The notes below the pieces were generated by a model, which saw only the letters and a list, made by a program, of their open reading frames with translations, searched no databases and was not told the DNA's origin. Both the position numbers and the translations under genes were made by a program. This document shows positions 6,777 through 16,751 of a stretch of DNA of 30,986 nucleotides, piece by piece (the first letter of the stretch is position 1; every line of letters begins with the position of its first letter). The stretch lies in the NCBI GenBank assembly GCA_045863335.1, contig BTVY01000029.1, positions 1 through 30,986 on the forward strand. Direction: 5' to 3'. Source of the stretch: Candidatus Hydrogenedentota bacterium (GTDB taxonomy: Bacteria; Hydrogenedentota; Hydrogenedentia; Hydrogenedentales; SLHB01).

Positions 6777-8692
6777 TCGCAAAGATGGACCGTATCGAGA
6801 TCGTCTGCATGCGCGAGTCGCTGACAGACATCGTGAACTTCCTTCAATTGCAGGGGCTCGTTCATATCGAGGAAGTCCCCTTGGCCGTCGCGGACGTCCC
6901 GGATTTCCTTCGCCGGGTGCAGTTGGACACCGACCAGGAACGCGAGGCGGAATCGCTCGAGAACCTCTATCGCAGCCTCGCCGAAGTGGTGCCCCTGCTC
7001 GCCGTGAAGCCTTCGCAAAGCGCCAAGAACGCCGCGGCGCGCGAACTGAACGGCAGCACGGAAGACCAACTCGCAGACATGGCCCACTCGTGGATCCGTG
7101 CGTTGCGCTCCTACACCCGCCGCCGGATCAATGTGCAGGATAACATCGATATCCTCACGAGCTTTAAGAAGTCCTTGCAGGCCCTGCGTCCGCTGCTTCA
7201 AGGCAAGGAAGTCGTGTTGGGCCACGACGCCCGCGCCTTCATTCTGCGGGGCGACGGCTCCCGCGTCATCGAGCGCTTGAGCGAAAAGCTGCGCGAAAAG
7301 ATAGGGCCGGAATCAAAACTGGTCCATGAAAAAATCTCGCGGAACGTGATCGTCGGGGTTATCACCTATTCCCCGTCGCACAACGATACGGTTTCGCGCA
7401 TTCTGAAGGACGAGCAGATTTCGCCGATGGACCCGCCCACAAACGGGCTCGCGGGAGGCGGTCTGAGCGAGGTAATTCAAAAAGTGGACGCCGCGATCGA
7501 ACGGAACCGGGCCGACGCGGTGCGTCTCAAAGAAGCGATCGAAGCGTATTCGGCGCAGGTTGGCCCCAAATTGGTGGCGGTGGAGGCCAAGTTCGCCGAT
7601 CGCATGGCGCAGATTACGGCCATGAACCGCTTTGCCCAGAGCGAGATGATTGGCGTGATCCACGGCTGGTCCCCCAGCGACGAGTCGGACACGTTCATCA
7701 AGCGCCTGGAAGAGGCATTTCCGGGCCAAACCCTGGTGAGCAAGTTGCCCTTGAGCGAGGTGGACATTCATGAGGTCCCCGTTCAACTGCGCAACCCGGC
7801 TTGGCTACAGCCGTTCGAGGTCTTGCTCTCCCTGTTCAAGCCGCCCGCGTACGGCACCATGGATCCCACGGCGCTCGTCGCCGTTTCCTTTGTGCTCTTT
7901 TACGGCTTCATTCTGGGCGACGTAGCATACGGCCTTGCAGTTATCGCCTTCGGGTTCTTTCTCAAGAAGAAGCTCGGTCATATCGCCGCGGTGAATGCGG
8001 TGGGCACCGTCGCTTATTGGATGGGCGGATCGACCATCTTTTTCGGATTGCTCTACGGCGAACTGTTCGGGAACTTCGGGGCCAAGATGGGCATGCCCGT
8101 CATTTGGTTCCACCGGGGCCACGAACCCATCGCCCTCATGAAATACGCCATCCTCTTCGGGGTGTTGCATATCCCGCTGGCCCTGATCCTCGGTATCCGA
8201 GCGGACCTGCACCACCATCACCCCAAGCACGCGGCGGAAAAGCTCGCGTTGCTGCTTGGGCTTGCAGGCACCGGGATCTTCGTCATGGCCTTCGTTGGTG
8301 TTGGACTTTTCACCACAATGTTTGCGAAGGCTGTCGGCGTGCTTTGCTTCATCGCCATGTTTGGATTGCTTACCTGGGCGGTTGGCGCGATGGCGCCCAT
8401 CATGGCGCTCGAGGTCGTTTCGCTCATCGGCAACGTCCTCTCTTATTGCCGTCTCATGGCGCTCGGCCTTGCGGGCGTCCTCGTGGCGGATTTGGCCAAC
8501 GAATTGGCCGGCGGCCTCGGCCTCTTGATCGGAGTGCCCCTGGCGTTGGCCGTGCATGCGTTTAACATCGGGCTTGGCATGTTCAGCCCCACGATTCACT
8601 CGTTGCGATTGAACTATGTTGAGTTCCTGCCGAAGTTCTATAAACCCGAAGGTAAGGGTTACAAACCGTTCAAGAAGGAGGCATTATGGTGA
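6773..8692 (+). CDS. atpI: V/A-type ATP synthase subunit I (a)
   Basis: Soluble N-half, membrane C-half, PAYGTMDPT, FYGFILGDVAYG, essential Arg in LSYCRLMALGL, HSLRLNYVEFLPKFY. Confidence 0.95.
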   Translation: MIAKMDRIEIVCMRESLTDIVNFLQLQGLVHIEEVPLAVADVPDFLRRVQLDTDQEREAESLENLYRSLAEVVPLLAVKPSQSAKNAAARELNGSTEDQLADMAHSWIRALRSYTRRRINVQDNIDILTSFKKSLQALRPLLQGKEVVLGHDARAFILRGDGSRVIERLSEKLREKIGPESKLVHEKISRNVIVGVITYSPSHNDTVSRILKDEQISPMDPPTNGLAGGGLSEVIQKVDAAIERNRADAVRLKEAIEAYSAQVGPKLVAVEAKFADRMAQITAMNRFAQSEMIGVIHGWSPSDESDTFIKRLEEAFPGQTLVSKLPLSEVDIHEVPVQLRNPAWLQPFEVLLSLFKPPAYGTMDPTALVAVSFVLFYGFILGDVAYGLAVIAFGFFLKKKLGHIAAVNAVGTVAYWMGGSTIFFGLLYGELFGNFGAKMGMPVIWFHRGHEPIALMKYAILFGVLHIPLALILGIRADLHHHHPKHAAEKLALLLGLAGTGIFVMAFVGVGLFTTMFAKAVGVLCFIAMFGLLTWAVGAMAPIMALEVVSLIGNVLSYCRLMALGLAGVLVADLANELAGGLGLLIGVPLALAVHAFNIGLGMFSPTIHSLRLNYVEFLPKFYKPEGKGYKPFKKEALW

Positions 8693-9060
8693 CGTTGAGT
8701 GACACGAGCAAGAAGGCGGTTCTGGCCGCGCTGCTGCTGCTGGCCGGTATGCTGACGCTGGCGCCGTTGGGATTTGCCGCGGAAGGCGCAGCCGAAGGCG
8801 AGGCTGAATCTGTTGCACAGACCAGTGCGACGACCGGTAGTGGTCTGCGCGCGCTTGGCTTGGGTCTTGGCGCGGGAATCGCGATTGCCGGTGCCGGAAT
8901 TGCCACGAGCAAGGCTCAGGCAGCCGTAGGCGCGGGCGGTACGGGCGCGATCACGGAGAAGCCGGAACTCTTCGGTAACGTCCTGATCCTGTTCGCCATC
9001 CCGGAAACCATCGTTGTGTTCGGGTTCGTTATCGCCATCATGCTCGTACTGGCTATCTAA
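8686..9060 (+). CDS. atpK: V/A-type ATP synthase subunit K (c, proteolipid), single hairpin with N-terminal leader
   Basis: AGGAGG RBS, Gly-rich helix GLGLGAGIAIAGAG, AQAAVGAGG, ion-binding Glu in FAIPETIVVFGF. Confidence 0.93.
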   Translation: MVTLSDTSKKAVLAALLLLAGMLTLAPLGFAAEGAAEGEAESVAQTSATTGSGLRALGLGLGAGIAIAGAGIATSKAQAAVGAGGTGAITEKPELFGNVLILFAIPETIVVFGFVIAIMLVLAI

Positions 9061-9074
9061 GCCGTCTGGCAATC

Positions 9075-9665
9075 ATGCAACACGTCTTACTGGATACCAT
9101 GGCCCTCCAGGTCGAGCAGGGGTGTGAAACACGCCTCGCCGCGGCCCGCACGGAAGCCGACGCCATCGTCGCCGAAGCGCGGGAACGCGCGGGCAAGCGA
9201 TATGCCGAAGGCATCGAGCGGGCCCAGCGCGACGTCGACCGCCTCGCCCGGCGCGCCCGGGATCTGGCGGCCGTGCAGGCGGAACAGCAGTCCCACAGCA
9301 TGCAACAGGCCGTGGCGGATGAAATCCTCCATAGCGTGGATGCCGAGCTGAATCGGATCGCCGAAGGCCCCGACTTCCCGGCGATTCTGGAATCCCTGCT
9401 GCGCGAGCTCATGACCGTTGCCCCGGAGAAGGCCGAGGTTCTGGCGCCGCCCGCGCACGTGGAGCGCTGCCGCCAATGGCTCTCCGCGAACGGACATGCC
9501 GGCGTTCCGGTCATCCCGCACGCCGCGCTGCACGATGGGGTTGCCATCCAGGACGCACAGCGGACCTTTCGCGTAACGAACTCGTTGTCCAGCCGTTTTC
9601 ATAAACTGGAGAACGAGGCGCGCAAGATCTGTCTACGGCTGTTGTTCGGGGAGGGAGCGGAATAA
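9075..9665 (+). CDS. atpE: V/A-type ATP synthase subunit E
   Basis: N-terminal coiled coil, C-terminal GVAIQDAQRTFRVTNSLSSR, operon position between K and C. Confidence 0.85.
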   Translation: MQHVLLDTMALQVEQGCETRLAAARTEADAIVAEARERAGKRYAEGIERAQRDVDRLARRARDLAAVQAEQQSHSMQQAVADEILHSVDAELNRIAEGPDFPAILESLLRELMTVAPEKAEVLAPPAHVERCRQWLSANGHAGVPVIPHAALHDGVAIQDAQRTFRVTNSLSSRFHKLENEARKICLRLLFGEGAE

Positions 9666-9666
9666 A

Positions 9667-10722
9667 ATGGACCGGCTCGAAACCATCGCCCCGTACATCA
9701 ATTCCCGCGTGGCGGGCATGCGCAGCCGTCTCTTGACGCAGACCAAGCTCGAAGAACTCATCGATGTCGAGGGGATCGACCGGCTCGTGGACGCCATGAT
9801 GGCGACGCCGTACCAGGAAGACTTGGCCGAAGCGTTAACACGCTTTAGCGGCGTCGACGCCATCGAGGAAGCGGTGTCGCGGAATCTGGTGAAGACGTTC
9901 CAGAAGTTGCGCAGCCTCAGCAGCGGGGCCATGCAGGATATTATCGACATCTTTCTCCTGCGGTGGGACCTCATTGCCGTCAAGTCGTTGTTGCGCTATC
10001 GCCATCACAACATCGACACGGAGACGACGCTCGCCGAGCTGCAGCCGGGACCCAGTCTGACGGTGCCGCTATTGCGGTCCTTCGCCGAACGCAACACCAT
10101 GCACGAATTGGTCACCGCCCTGGCCGCGTGGAATCCGGAGTTGTGCGGATCCTTGCTGCGCGCCTTCCCCGAATACGAGGCCGAGAATTCGGTTTCCGTG
10201 CTGGAGGAGGCGCTCGACAGGGCCTACTTCGTCGAGACCGTGAAGGCGCTTGAATCCGACGACGAGGACACGGAAATCCTGCGCACCGTATTGCGGATGG
10301 AAATCGATCGCATTAATATCCGCCTGGTGTTCCAGTTGAAGGACGGCTTGTCGACCGAGCAGTTGGAGCAACGCCTCCTGCCGAAAGGCAACCTCCCGGC
10401 GCGCACCGTTCAGGCATTGGCGGACGCGCGGGACGCCGCAGCCGCCATCGAAATTCTGAACACGACCATCTACAAGCAACTGCGCGAGATGCTGTTCATG
10501 TTCGTCCAGTCCGCCCGTTTCAGCCCCATGGACCGGATGTTCGATCTGATCCTGATTCGCCACTTGCGCCGCGAAGCGCAGATTCAATTCCTGAGCATCG
10601 CGACGCTTATGCATTTTGCGTGGCTCAAGTACAACGAGGCCGTGAACCTCCGGCTCATCGCCCGCGGCGAAGCGAACAACCTGCCGCGCGGCCGGGTTCG
10701 CGAGGAGATGATGTATGCCTAG
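9667..10722 (+). CDS. atpC: V/A-type ATP synthase subunit C (d)
   Basis: YINSRVAGMRSRLL, LRWDLIAVKSLLR, EIDRINIR, KYNEAVNLRLIARG; 351 aa. Confidence 0.92.
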   Translation: MDRLETIAPYINSRVAGMRSRLLTQTKLEELIDVEGIDRLVDAMMATPYQEDLAEALTRFSGVDAIEEAVSRNLVKTFQKLRSLSSGAMQDIIDIFLLRWDLIAVKSLLRYRHHNIDTETTLAELQPGPSLTVPLLRSFAERNTMHELVTALAAWNPELCGSLLRAFPEYEAENSVSVLEEALDRAYFVETVKALESDDEDTEILRTVLRMEIDRINIRLVFQLKDGLSTEQLEQRLLPKGNLPARTVQALADARDAAAAIEILNTTIYKQLREMLFMFVQSARFSPMDRMFDLILIRHLRREAQIQFLSIATLMHFAWLKYNEAVNLRLIARGEANNLPRGRVREEMMYA

Positions 10723-11035
10723 GATTGTCGCGCTCGTCCGGGACAATACGGCGCTCAAGCTTATGCTCGCCGGCATCCCCGTGGAGAACACGCACGACGC
10801 CCGCACCGCCGAGGCCCGGCTCGACGAGTTGCTGGAAAGTGACACCAGCGTCGTTATCGTGCAGGAAGCGTTCCGTTCCGCATTCTCCGAGTTTTTTGCG
10901 GAACGCTTGCGGCGGCACAAAGGACTTCCCCTTATCGTCTATTGCCCGGCTTTTGAAGAAGAAGAGTCAAATGTTGACGCCTACCTGTCGGCCGTGTTGA
11001 AACCCGCCGTAGGCTACGAAATCAGATTGGAGTGA
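10715..11035 (+). CDS. atpF: V/A-type ATP synthase subunit F
   Basis: 106 aa, LMLAGI, C-terminal KPAVGYEI, position between C and A. Confidence 0.87.
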   Translation: MPRIVALVRDNTALKLMLAGIPVENTHDARTAEARLDELLESDTSVVIVQEAFRSAFSEFFAERLRRHKGLPLIVYCPAFEEEESNVDAYLSAVLKPAVGYEIRLE

Positions 11036-11040
11036 CGAAC

Positions 11041-12831
11041 ATGCCCACTACCGAACAGCAACAGACCGGATCGATCACGCGGATTTCCGGTCCCATGGTG
11101 TCCGCGAACAACATGCTCGGCGTCTCCATGGGCGAGATCGTGCGCGTCGGCAAGATGAACCTCATGGGCGAGGTGATCCGGATCGACAAGGACACCATCT
11201 TCGCGCAGGTCTTCGAAGACACCGGCGGGATGTTCCTCGGCGAACCCGTGATCCCCACGGGCCTTCCCTTGTCCGTCGAACTCGGGCCGGGCCTCCTCGG
11301 ATCGACCTTTGACGGAATCCAGCGGCCCTTGATTACGCTGCAGAATCAGTCCGGCGACTTCATCGATCGCGGGCTGACCGCCGTGGCGTTGGACCGTGGC
11401 AAGAAGTGGACGTTCACGCCGAAGGTATCTGTCGGTACGAAAGTGACCACCGGCGACATTCTCGGTACCGTTCCGGAGACCCGCACCATCGAACACCGCG
11501 TGCTGGTTCCGCCCGGAAAATCGGGCACGATCAAGTCCATCGTGTCCACCGGTGAATATACGGTCGAAGACACCATCGCCACGCTGGACGACGGTTCCGA
11601 ACTGAAAATGATGCACTACTGGCCCGTAAAGCGGCCCCGTCCCATCGCCAAGAAGATGCGGACAGACCGGCCCTTCCTCACGGGGCAGCGCGTGCTGGAC
11701 TGTTTGTTTCCCATCGCGTTGGGTGGCTCGGCCATTGTGCCTGGCGGTTTCGGCACGGGCAAGACCGTCGTGGAGCAGACGCTCTCGAAATACTGCAACG
11801 CCGACATCATCATCTACGTAGGCTGCGGCGAGCGCGGCAACGAGATGGCCGACGTGCTGGACGAGTTCCCGCACCTGAAGGACCCCAAGTCCGGCGACTC
11901 GCTCATGAACCGCACCGTGCTGGTCGTGAACACGTCCAACATGCCGGTGGCGGCGCGCGACGCGTCGGTATACACCGGCATTACGCTGGCCGAGTACTAC
12001 CGCGACCAAGGGTATGACGTGGCCATCATGGCCGACAGTACGTCCCGCTGGGCCGAGGCCTTGCGCGAAATCTCGTCGCGTCTCGAAGAGATGCCCGGAG
12101 AAGAAGGCTACCCGACCTATCTGGCGGCCCGCATCTCCGAGTTCTACGAACGCAGCGGCCGCGTGATGGTCTGCGGCAGCGACGCCGAAAGCGAGAGCCC
12201 GCGTTTCGGCTCGCTGACCATCGTCGGCGCCGTATCGCCTCCCGGCGGCGACATGTCCGAACCGGTGACGCAAACGTCGCAACGCGTCGCGGGCGCCCTT
12301 TGGTCGCTGGACGCATCGCTCGCCTATCGCCGGCACTATCCGTCCGTCAACTGGAATCGCAGCTACTCGTTGTATTTTGCCGAACTCGATCCCTGGTTCG
12401 AGGAAAACGCCCCCAAGACCTGGCGTCAAAACCGGCAGGCGATCGAGACGTTGCTCCAGCGCGACGGCGAACTTCAGGAAGTGGTGCAATTGGTGGGTCC
12501 GGACGCGTTGCAGGATCAGGAGCGGCTAATCCTTGAGATCGCCCGCATGATTCGCGAAGTGTTCCTCCAGCAGAACGCGTTTTCTGACGATGACGCGTAT
12601 TGCTCCCTCGAAAAGGGCGGCGCTTTGCTGGACGCCCTGGTCGAGTTCTACGAATCGGCGCGCAAGGTTTTGGATGAAGGCATCACGCTGAACCGGATTC
12701 TCGAACTTCCCGCCCGCGAGAACATCGCGCGGCTTCGCGAGGAATCCAATGAGAACATCATCGCGCGCCAGAAGGTGGTAATGGAAGAGATGCGAGCGGC
12801 GCTCGCCGATCTCACATCGAGAAAAGGATAA
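11041..12831 (+). CDS. atpA: V/A-type ATP synthase catalytic subunit A
   Basis: P-loop [47 protein letters not shown]. Alternative GTG start at 11032. Confidence 0.97.
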   Translation: MPTTEQQQTGSITRISGPMVSANNMLGVSMGEIVRVGKMNLMGEVIRIDKDTIFAQVFEDTGGMFLGEPVIPTGLPLSVELGPGLLGSTFDGIQRPLITLQNQSGDFIDRGLTAVALDRGKKWTFTPKVSVGTKVTTGDILGTVPETRTIEHRVLVPPGKSGTIKSIVSTGEYTVEDTIATLDDGSELKMMHYWPVKRPRPIAKKMRTDRPFLTGQRVLDCLFPIALGGSAIVPGGFGTGKTVVEQTLSKYCNADIIIYVGCGERGNEMADVLDEFPHLKDPKSGDSLMNRTVLVVNTSNMPVAARDASVYTGITLAEYYRDQGYDVAIMADSTSRWAEALREISSRLEEMPGEEGYPTYLAARISEFYERSGRVMVCGSDAESESPRFGSLTIVGAVSPPGGDMSEPVTQTSQRVAGALWSLDASLAYRRHYPSVNWNRSYSLYFAELDPWFEENAPKTWRQNRQAIETLLQRDGELQEVVQLVGPDALQDQERLILEIARMIREVFLQQNAFSDDDAYCSLEKGGALLDALVEFYESARKVLDEGITLNRILELPARENIARLREESNENIIARQKVVMEEMRAALADLTSRKG

Positions 12832-12836
12832 GGCAC

Positions 12837-14285
12837 ATGGAAACCACGACGACAAGCCAGGGCGCTTCGGCAGACCTGCTGCACAAGGAATACTGGGACC
12901 TGAACTACATCTCCGGTCCCCTTGTTTTCCTGGGCAATGGCGGCCGCTTCGCCACCGGAGCCATCCTCGATCTCGTCGGGGAAAACGGGGAAGTGCGCCA
13001 GGGCCAGGTGCTGGAAGCGAGCAAGAAGCACGCGGTGGTCCAGGTCCTTCAAGGGACTCAGGGCCTCGACATCAAAGGCATCTCGGTGTCGCTCAAGAAG
13101 GACGCCGCCCGCGTCGGTTGCTCGAAAGAGCTGATCGGCCGTAGCTTCAACGGCACCGGCGAACCCATCGACGGCCTGCCGCCCATCGTGCCGGAGAAGG
13201 AACTCGAAATCGCCGGCTCGGCCATCAACCCGGTGTCGCGCGACAAACCGAACGACTTCATCGAAACCGGCCTTTCCACCATCGACGGATTCAACACGCT
13301 GGTGCGCGGGCAGAAGCTGCCCATCTTCTTCGGTTCGGGTCTTCCCGCGAACGAAGTGGCCAACATGATCGTGCAGCAGTCGTCCACCAAGGGCGAAAGC
13401 GAAGAGTTCGTGGTCGTGTTCGCGGCCATGGGTCTGACTGAACGCGAGGCCGCCTATTTCCTGCGCTCCTTTGAAGAGGGCGGTCAAGGCAGCCGCGTCG
13501 TGACCTTCATCAATAAGGCGAGCGACCCAGCCATCGAGCGTCTGTTCGCGCCGCGTTGCGCGCTTACCGTGGCGGAGTACCTGGCCTTCGAGCACAACTA
13601 TCAGGTACTCGTTATCCTCACGGACATGACCAGCTACTGCGAAGCCCTGCGTCAGATCTCGAGCGCCCGCGAAGAGATCCCCGGCCGCCGTGGTTATCCC
13701 GGCTACATGTACACCGACTTGTCGACCATTTACGAACGCGCCGGCCGTATCCGCGGCCGCAAGGGTTCGGTCACCCAGGTGCCCATGTTGACCATGCCGG
13801 ACGACGACATGACGCACCCGATTCCGGACCTGACGGGGTATATCACCGAAGGCCAGATCGTGCTGTCGCGCTCGCTCCACCGGCAGGGCGTGTTTCCGCC
13901 GGTAGATTTGCTGCCGTGCCTGTCGCGCCTCATGAACAACGGTATCGGCGAGGGCCGTACCCGCGCCGACCACCGCGCGCTGGCCAACCAGTTGTACGCG
14001 TCCTACGCCCAGGGCCGCGACGTGCGCAAGCTCATGGCCATCGTCGGCGAGGATGCCTTGAGCGAGATCGACAAGCGGTATCTGCGGTTCGGCAATGAGT
14101 TCGAAAAGCAGATGATCGGCCAGGGCGAAACCCGCCGGACCATTGAAGACACCCTGGCACTCGGTTGGAAGCTCCTCGGGCTGCTCCCGCGCGATGAACT
14201 TACGCGCGTGTCGAAGGCCCAAGTTGACCAGTATTACCAGGATTACGACGAGGCGGAAGCGGAGAAACCCGCGACCAGCGAGTAG
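12837..14285 (+). CDS. atpB: V/A-type ATP synthase subunit B
   Basis: [58 protein letters not shown]. Confidence 0.97.
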   Translation: METTTTSQGASADLLHKEYWDLNYISGPLVFLGNGGRFATGAILDLVGENGEVRQGQVLEASKKHAVVQVLQGTQGLDIKGISVSLKKDAARVGCSKELIGRSFNGTGEPIDGLPPIVPEKELEIAGSAINPVSRDKPNDFIETGLSTIDGFNTLVRGQKLPIFFGSGLPANEVANMIVQQSSTKGESEEFVVVFAAMGLTEREAAYFLRSFEEGGQGSRVVTFINKASDPAIERLFAPRCALTVAEYLAFEHNYQVLVILTDMTSYCEALRQISSAREEIPGRRGYPGYMYTDLSTIYERAGRIRGRKGSVTQVPMLTMPDDDMTHPIPDLTGYITEGQIVLSRSLHRQGVFPPVDLLPCLSRLMNNGIGEGRTRADHRALANQLYASYAQGRDVRKLMAIVGEDALSEIDKRYLRFGNEFEKQMIGQGETRRTIEDTLALGWKLLGLLPRDELTRVSKAQVDQYYQDYDEAEAEKPATSE

Positions 14286-14316
14286 CGCGACCTGACAAAA
14301 AGGTGGTTATCGCTTC

Positions 14317-14976
14317 ATGAGCATGGACAACGTATCCCCAACGCGGATGAATCTGCTGGCCCGCAAGGCCCAGATCAAGTTCGCCTCGGATGGTGTACAA
14401 TTGTTAGAGGGGAAGCGCGAAGCGCTTCTCAAGGAGCTGATTGAACGGGCCCGGGAACTTCGGGCGCTCCGCAACGAGTTGCATCGGTTGGGGCGAAAGG
14501 CGCTGGTTTCCATGGCCATTGCGCGCGGTGTACGAGGCACCCCGGAAGTGCGCTCGGCGGCCGTAGCCGGACAGCGCGCGCTCAACATTCAGGTGAAGAC
14601 CGACAAGGTCTGGGGCCTGTCGTTGGGTGACATCGAACAATACGACGTCGTGCGTCAACCAGCGAACCGCGGTGTGGGCCTGCTTGACGTAGCGCCGCAA
14701 ATTGTGGAAGCGTCTGAGGCCTCGGAAGCCATGGTGGCCCAGATGCTCGTGTGTGCGCCGAAGGAGCAGAACCTCCAAATCATCGGCGAGGAAGTTCGCA
14801 AGGTCAGCCGGCGCATCAACGCGCTGAACGAGTATTTGCTTCCCAAGTTGCGCGGAGAGATGCGGACCATCGCGCGCGTGCTCGATGAGCGAGAACGGGA
14901 AGACACATTCCGCCTGAAGCGAATTAAGAAGAAGAAAGCCGACCAAGCCGCCATGGAAGAGGCGGGGGAGGTTTAG
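14317..14976 (+). CDS. atpD: V/A-type ATP synthase subunit D
   Basis: PTRMNLL, LLEGKREAL, RRINALNEYLLP, LDEREREDTFRLKRIK. Confidence 0.95.
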   Translation: MSMDNVSPTRMNLLARKAQIKFASDGVQLLEGKREALLKELIERARELRALRNELHRLGRKALVSMAIARGVRGTPEVRSAAVAGQRALNIQVKTDKVWGLSLGDIEQYDVVRQPANRGVGLLDVAPQIVEASEASEAMVAQMLVCAPKEQNLQIIGEEVRKVSRRINALNEYLLPKLRGEMRTIARVLDEREREDTFRLKRIKKKKADQAAMEEAGEV

Positions 14977-14978
14977 CG

Positions 14979-15473
14979 ATGCGCCTTGGCGATCTCCTGC
15001 ACCGCGACGTCGTTCGCGTCGGGCTGAAGGCCCATACCAAGGAAGAGGTCATCGCGGAACTCGTTGATGTCCTCGTGGACGCGCACGAGATTCCCCTGAA
15101 CCTGCGCGATCACGCGCTGGACGTCATCCTTGAGCGCGAATCCCACCACAGCACCGGTATGGAGCACGGTGTCGCCGTGCCCCACGGCTACACCGATCGC
15201 GTTGACGACGTAATTGCGGCAATCGGCATCTGCAAAGAGGGGATACCGTTCGAGAGCCTTGATGGGATCGCCGCGCGCATGATCATCCTGTTGCTGCTCC
15301 CCCGGCGCACGTATCATGACAATCCGCACACGATGGCGGGAATCGCGCATTTGCTCGCCAACCGGGAGCTGCGGGATCGTCTCAAGAAAGCCAACGATGC
15401 CACCGCCGTAATGCGGGCTATTGAAGACGAAGAGGCCCGGGAAACGTTTTACAACATTCGCGCGCGCGTCTGA
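14979..15473 (+). CDS. PTS EIIA-2 family protein (Ntr/fructose/mannitol type)
   Basis: ERESHHSTGMEHGVAVPHG with phospho-acceptor His, GIPFESLDG. Confidence 0.9.
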   Translation: MRLGDLLHRDVVRVGLKAHTKEEVIAELVDVLVDAHEIPLNLRDHALDVILERESHHSTGMEHGVAVPHGYTDRVDDVIAAIGICKEGIPFESLDGIAARMIILLLLPRRTYHDNPHTMAGIAHLLANRELRDRLKKANDATAVMRAIEDEEARETFYNIRARV

Positions 15474-15535
15474 ACCGCGCGATCGACGCCACTTCTTTGT
15501 GCGCGCAAGGGGGGCAGCGGAGGGTTGATCGCGTG

Positions 15536-16744
15536 ATGCCTCGGCTTACGAGCGCCTTGGGCCTGTTGATTCTGATCGGCATTGCCTGGGCCCTATCGGA
15601 GCGGCGGAAGGCAATCCCTTGGCGCTTGGTCGTGTGGGGGCTTGCGCTGCAGTTCGTATTGGCGCTACTCATCCTCACCACTCCGCTCCGTACCGTCATC
15701 TTTGCGGGTATGCAACGCGTCGTCGGCGTTCTCACCGATTCCGCCGTGACCGGAGCGTCGTTTGTTTTCGGCAGTCTTGCGGAGAATCCCGAGCAGTACA
15801 ACACCTTCTTTGCCTTCCGCGTATTACCCGTCATCATCTTCGTCTCCGCGCTCTCGGCGATCCTCTACCACCTTCGTGTAATCCCTGCCCTGGTCGCCGC
15901 GATCGCGTGGATGATGCGGCGTACGTTGAAGACGTCCGGCGCCGAAACCTTCGGGGCCGCGCTGCTCATTTTCCTGGGAATCGAATCCACTTCCGCGATT
16001 CGCACCTATCTCAAAGAGATGACCCGCTCGGAACTTTGTACGATCATGACCACGTTCATGGCCACCATTGCCGGCAGTGTCATGGTCACCTACGCGAGTT
16101 TCGGTGCGGAGCCCGGCCACTTGCTCACTGCTTCGCTTATGAGCGCGCCCGCGGCGATTCTCATCTCCAAGATTCTCGTCCCCGAAACGGGTGAACCCAA
16201 GACTGTGGGGCACGCGCCCGTGCGCATGGAAGTCGATTCGCGAAATCTCATCGACGCCGCCACCCAGGGAACCTCCCAGGGCTTGACCATGGCCCTCCAG
16301 GTTGCGGCCATGGTGCTCGTCTTCGTGGGGCTCATCTACATGCTCGACCTCGCAACCATCTCCGTCACGGGCCGTTCATTTGTCGATCTGCTCTCCTATG
16401 CCTTTCGTCCCTTTGCGTTTCTCCTGGGCGTTCCGCCGCAGGACATCCCCGAAGTCTCCGCCCTGCTCGGGAAGAAGACCGTGCTCAACGAGTTTCTCGC
16501 CTACCTCGATCTCAAGGAGATGATCGCCGCAGGCACCTTGAGCGAGCGGGGCAAGACCATCGCGACCTACGCCCTGTGCGGTTTCGCCAACCCCGGCAGC
16601 ATGGCCATCTCCATCGCCGCCCTCGACGCCCTGGCCCCCGAACGGCGCGTGGACATTTCACAACTGGCGGTTAAATCCTTCATCGGTGGCACCCTCGCCT
16701 GTTTCATGACGGCCTGCGTTGCGGGGATCGTCGTCTATGCCTGA
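15536..16744 (+). CDS. nupC: Concentrative nucleoside transporter (CNT/NupC family)
   Basis: FAFRVLPVIIFVSAL, ATIAGSV, ASLMSAPAA, VLNEFLAY, YALCGFANPGS. Start could be GTG 15533. Confidence 0.92.
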   Translation: MPRLTSALGLLILIGIAWALSERRKAIPWRLVVWGLALQFVLALLILTTPLRTVIFAGMQRVVGVLTDSAVTGASFVFGSLAENPEQYNTFFAFRVLPVIIFVSALSAILYHLRVIPALVAAIAWMMRRTLKTSGAETFGAALLIFLGIESTSAIRTYLKEMTRSELCTIMTTFMATIAGSVMVTYASFGAEPGHLLTASLMSAPAAILISKILVPETGEPKTVGHAPVRMEVDSRNLIDAATQGTSQGLTMALQVAAMVLVFVGLIYMLDLATISVTGRSFVDLLSYAFRPFAFLLGVPPQDIPEVSALLGKKTVLNEFLAYLDLKEMIAAGTLSERGKTIATYALCGFANPGSMAISIAALDALAPERRVDISQLAVKSFIGGTLACFMTACVAGIVVYA

Positions 16745-16751
16745 GGCCGTC

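Noticed and set aside
11041-12831. Intein in ATPase subunit A
   Set aside because: Length is normal (~596 aa) and the P-loop region is uninterrupted.
11014-14222. Long antisense ORFs 11014-12489 and 12648-14222
   Set aside because: Shadow frames of atpA/atpB produced by high-GC codon bias; no independent motifs.
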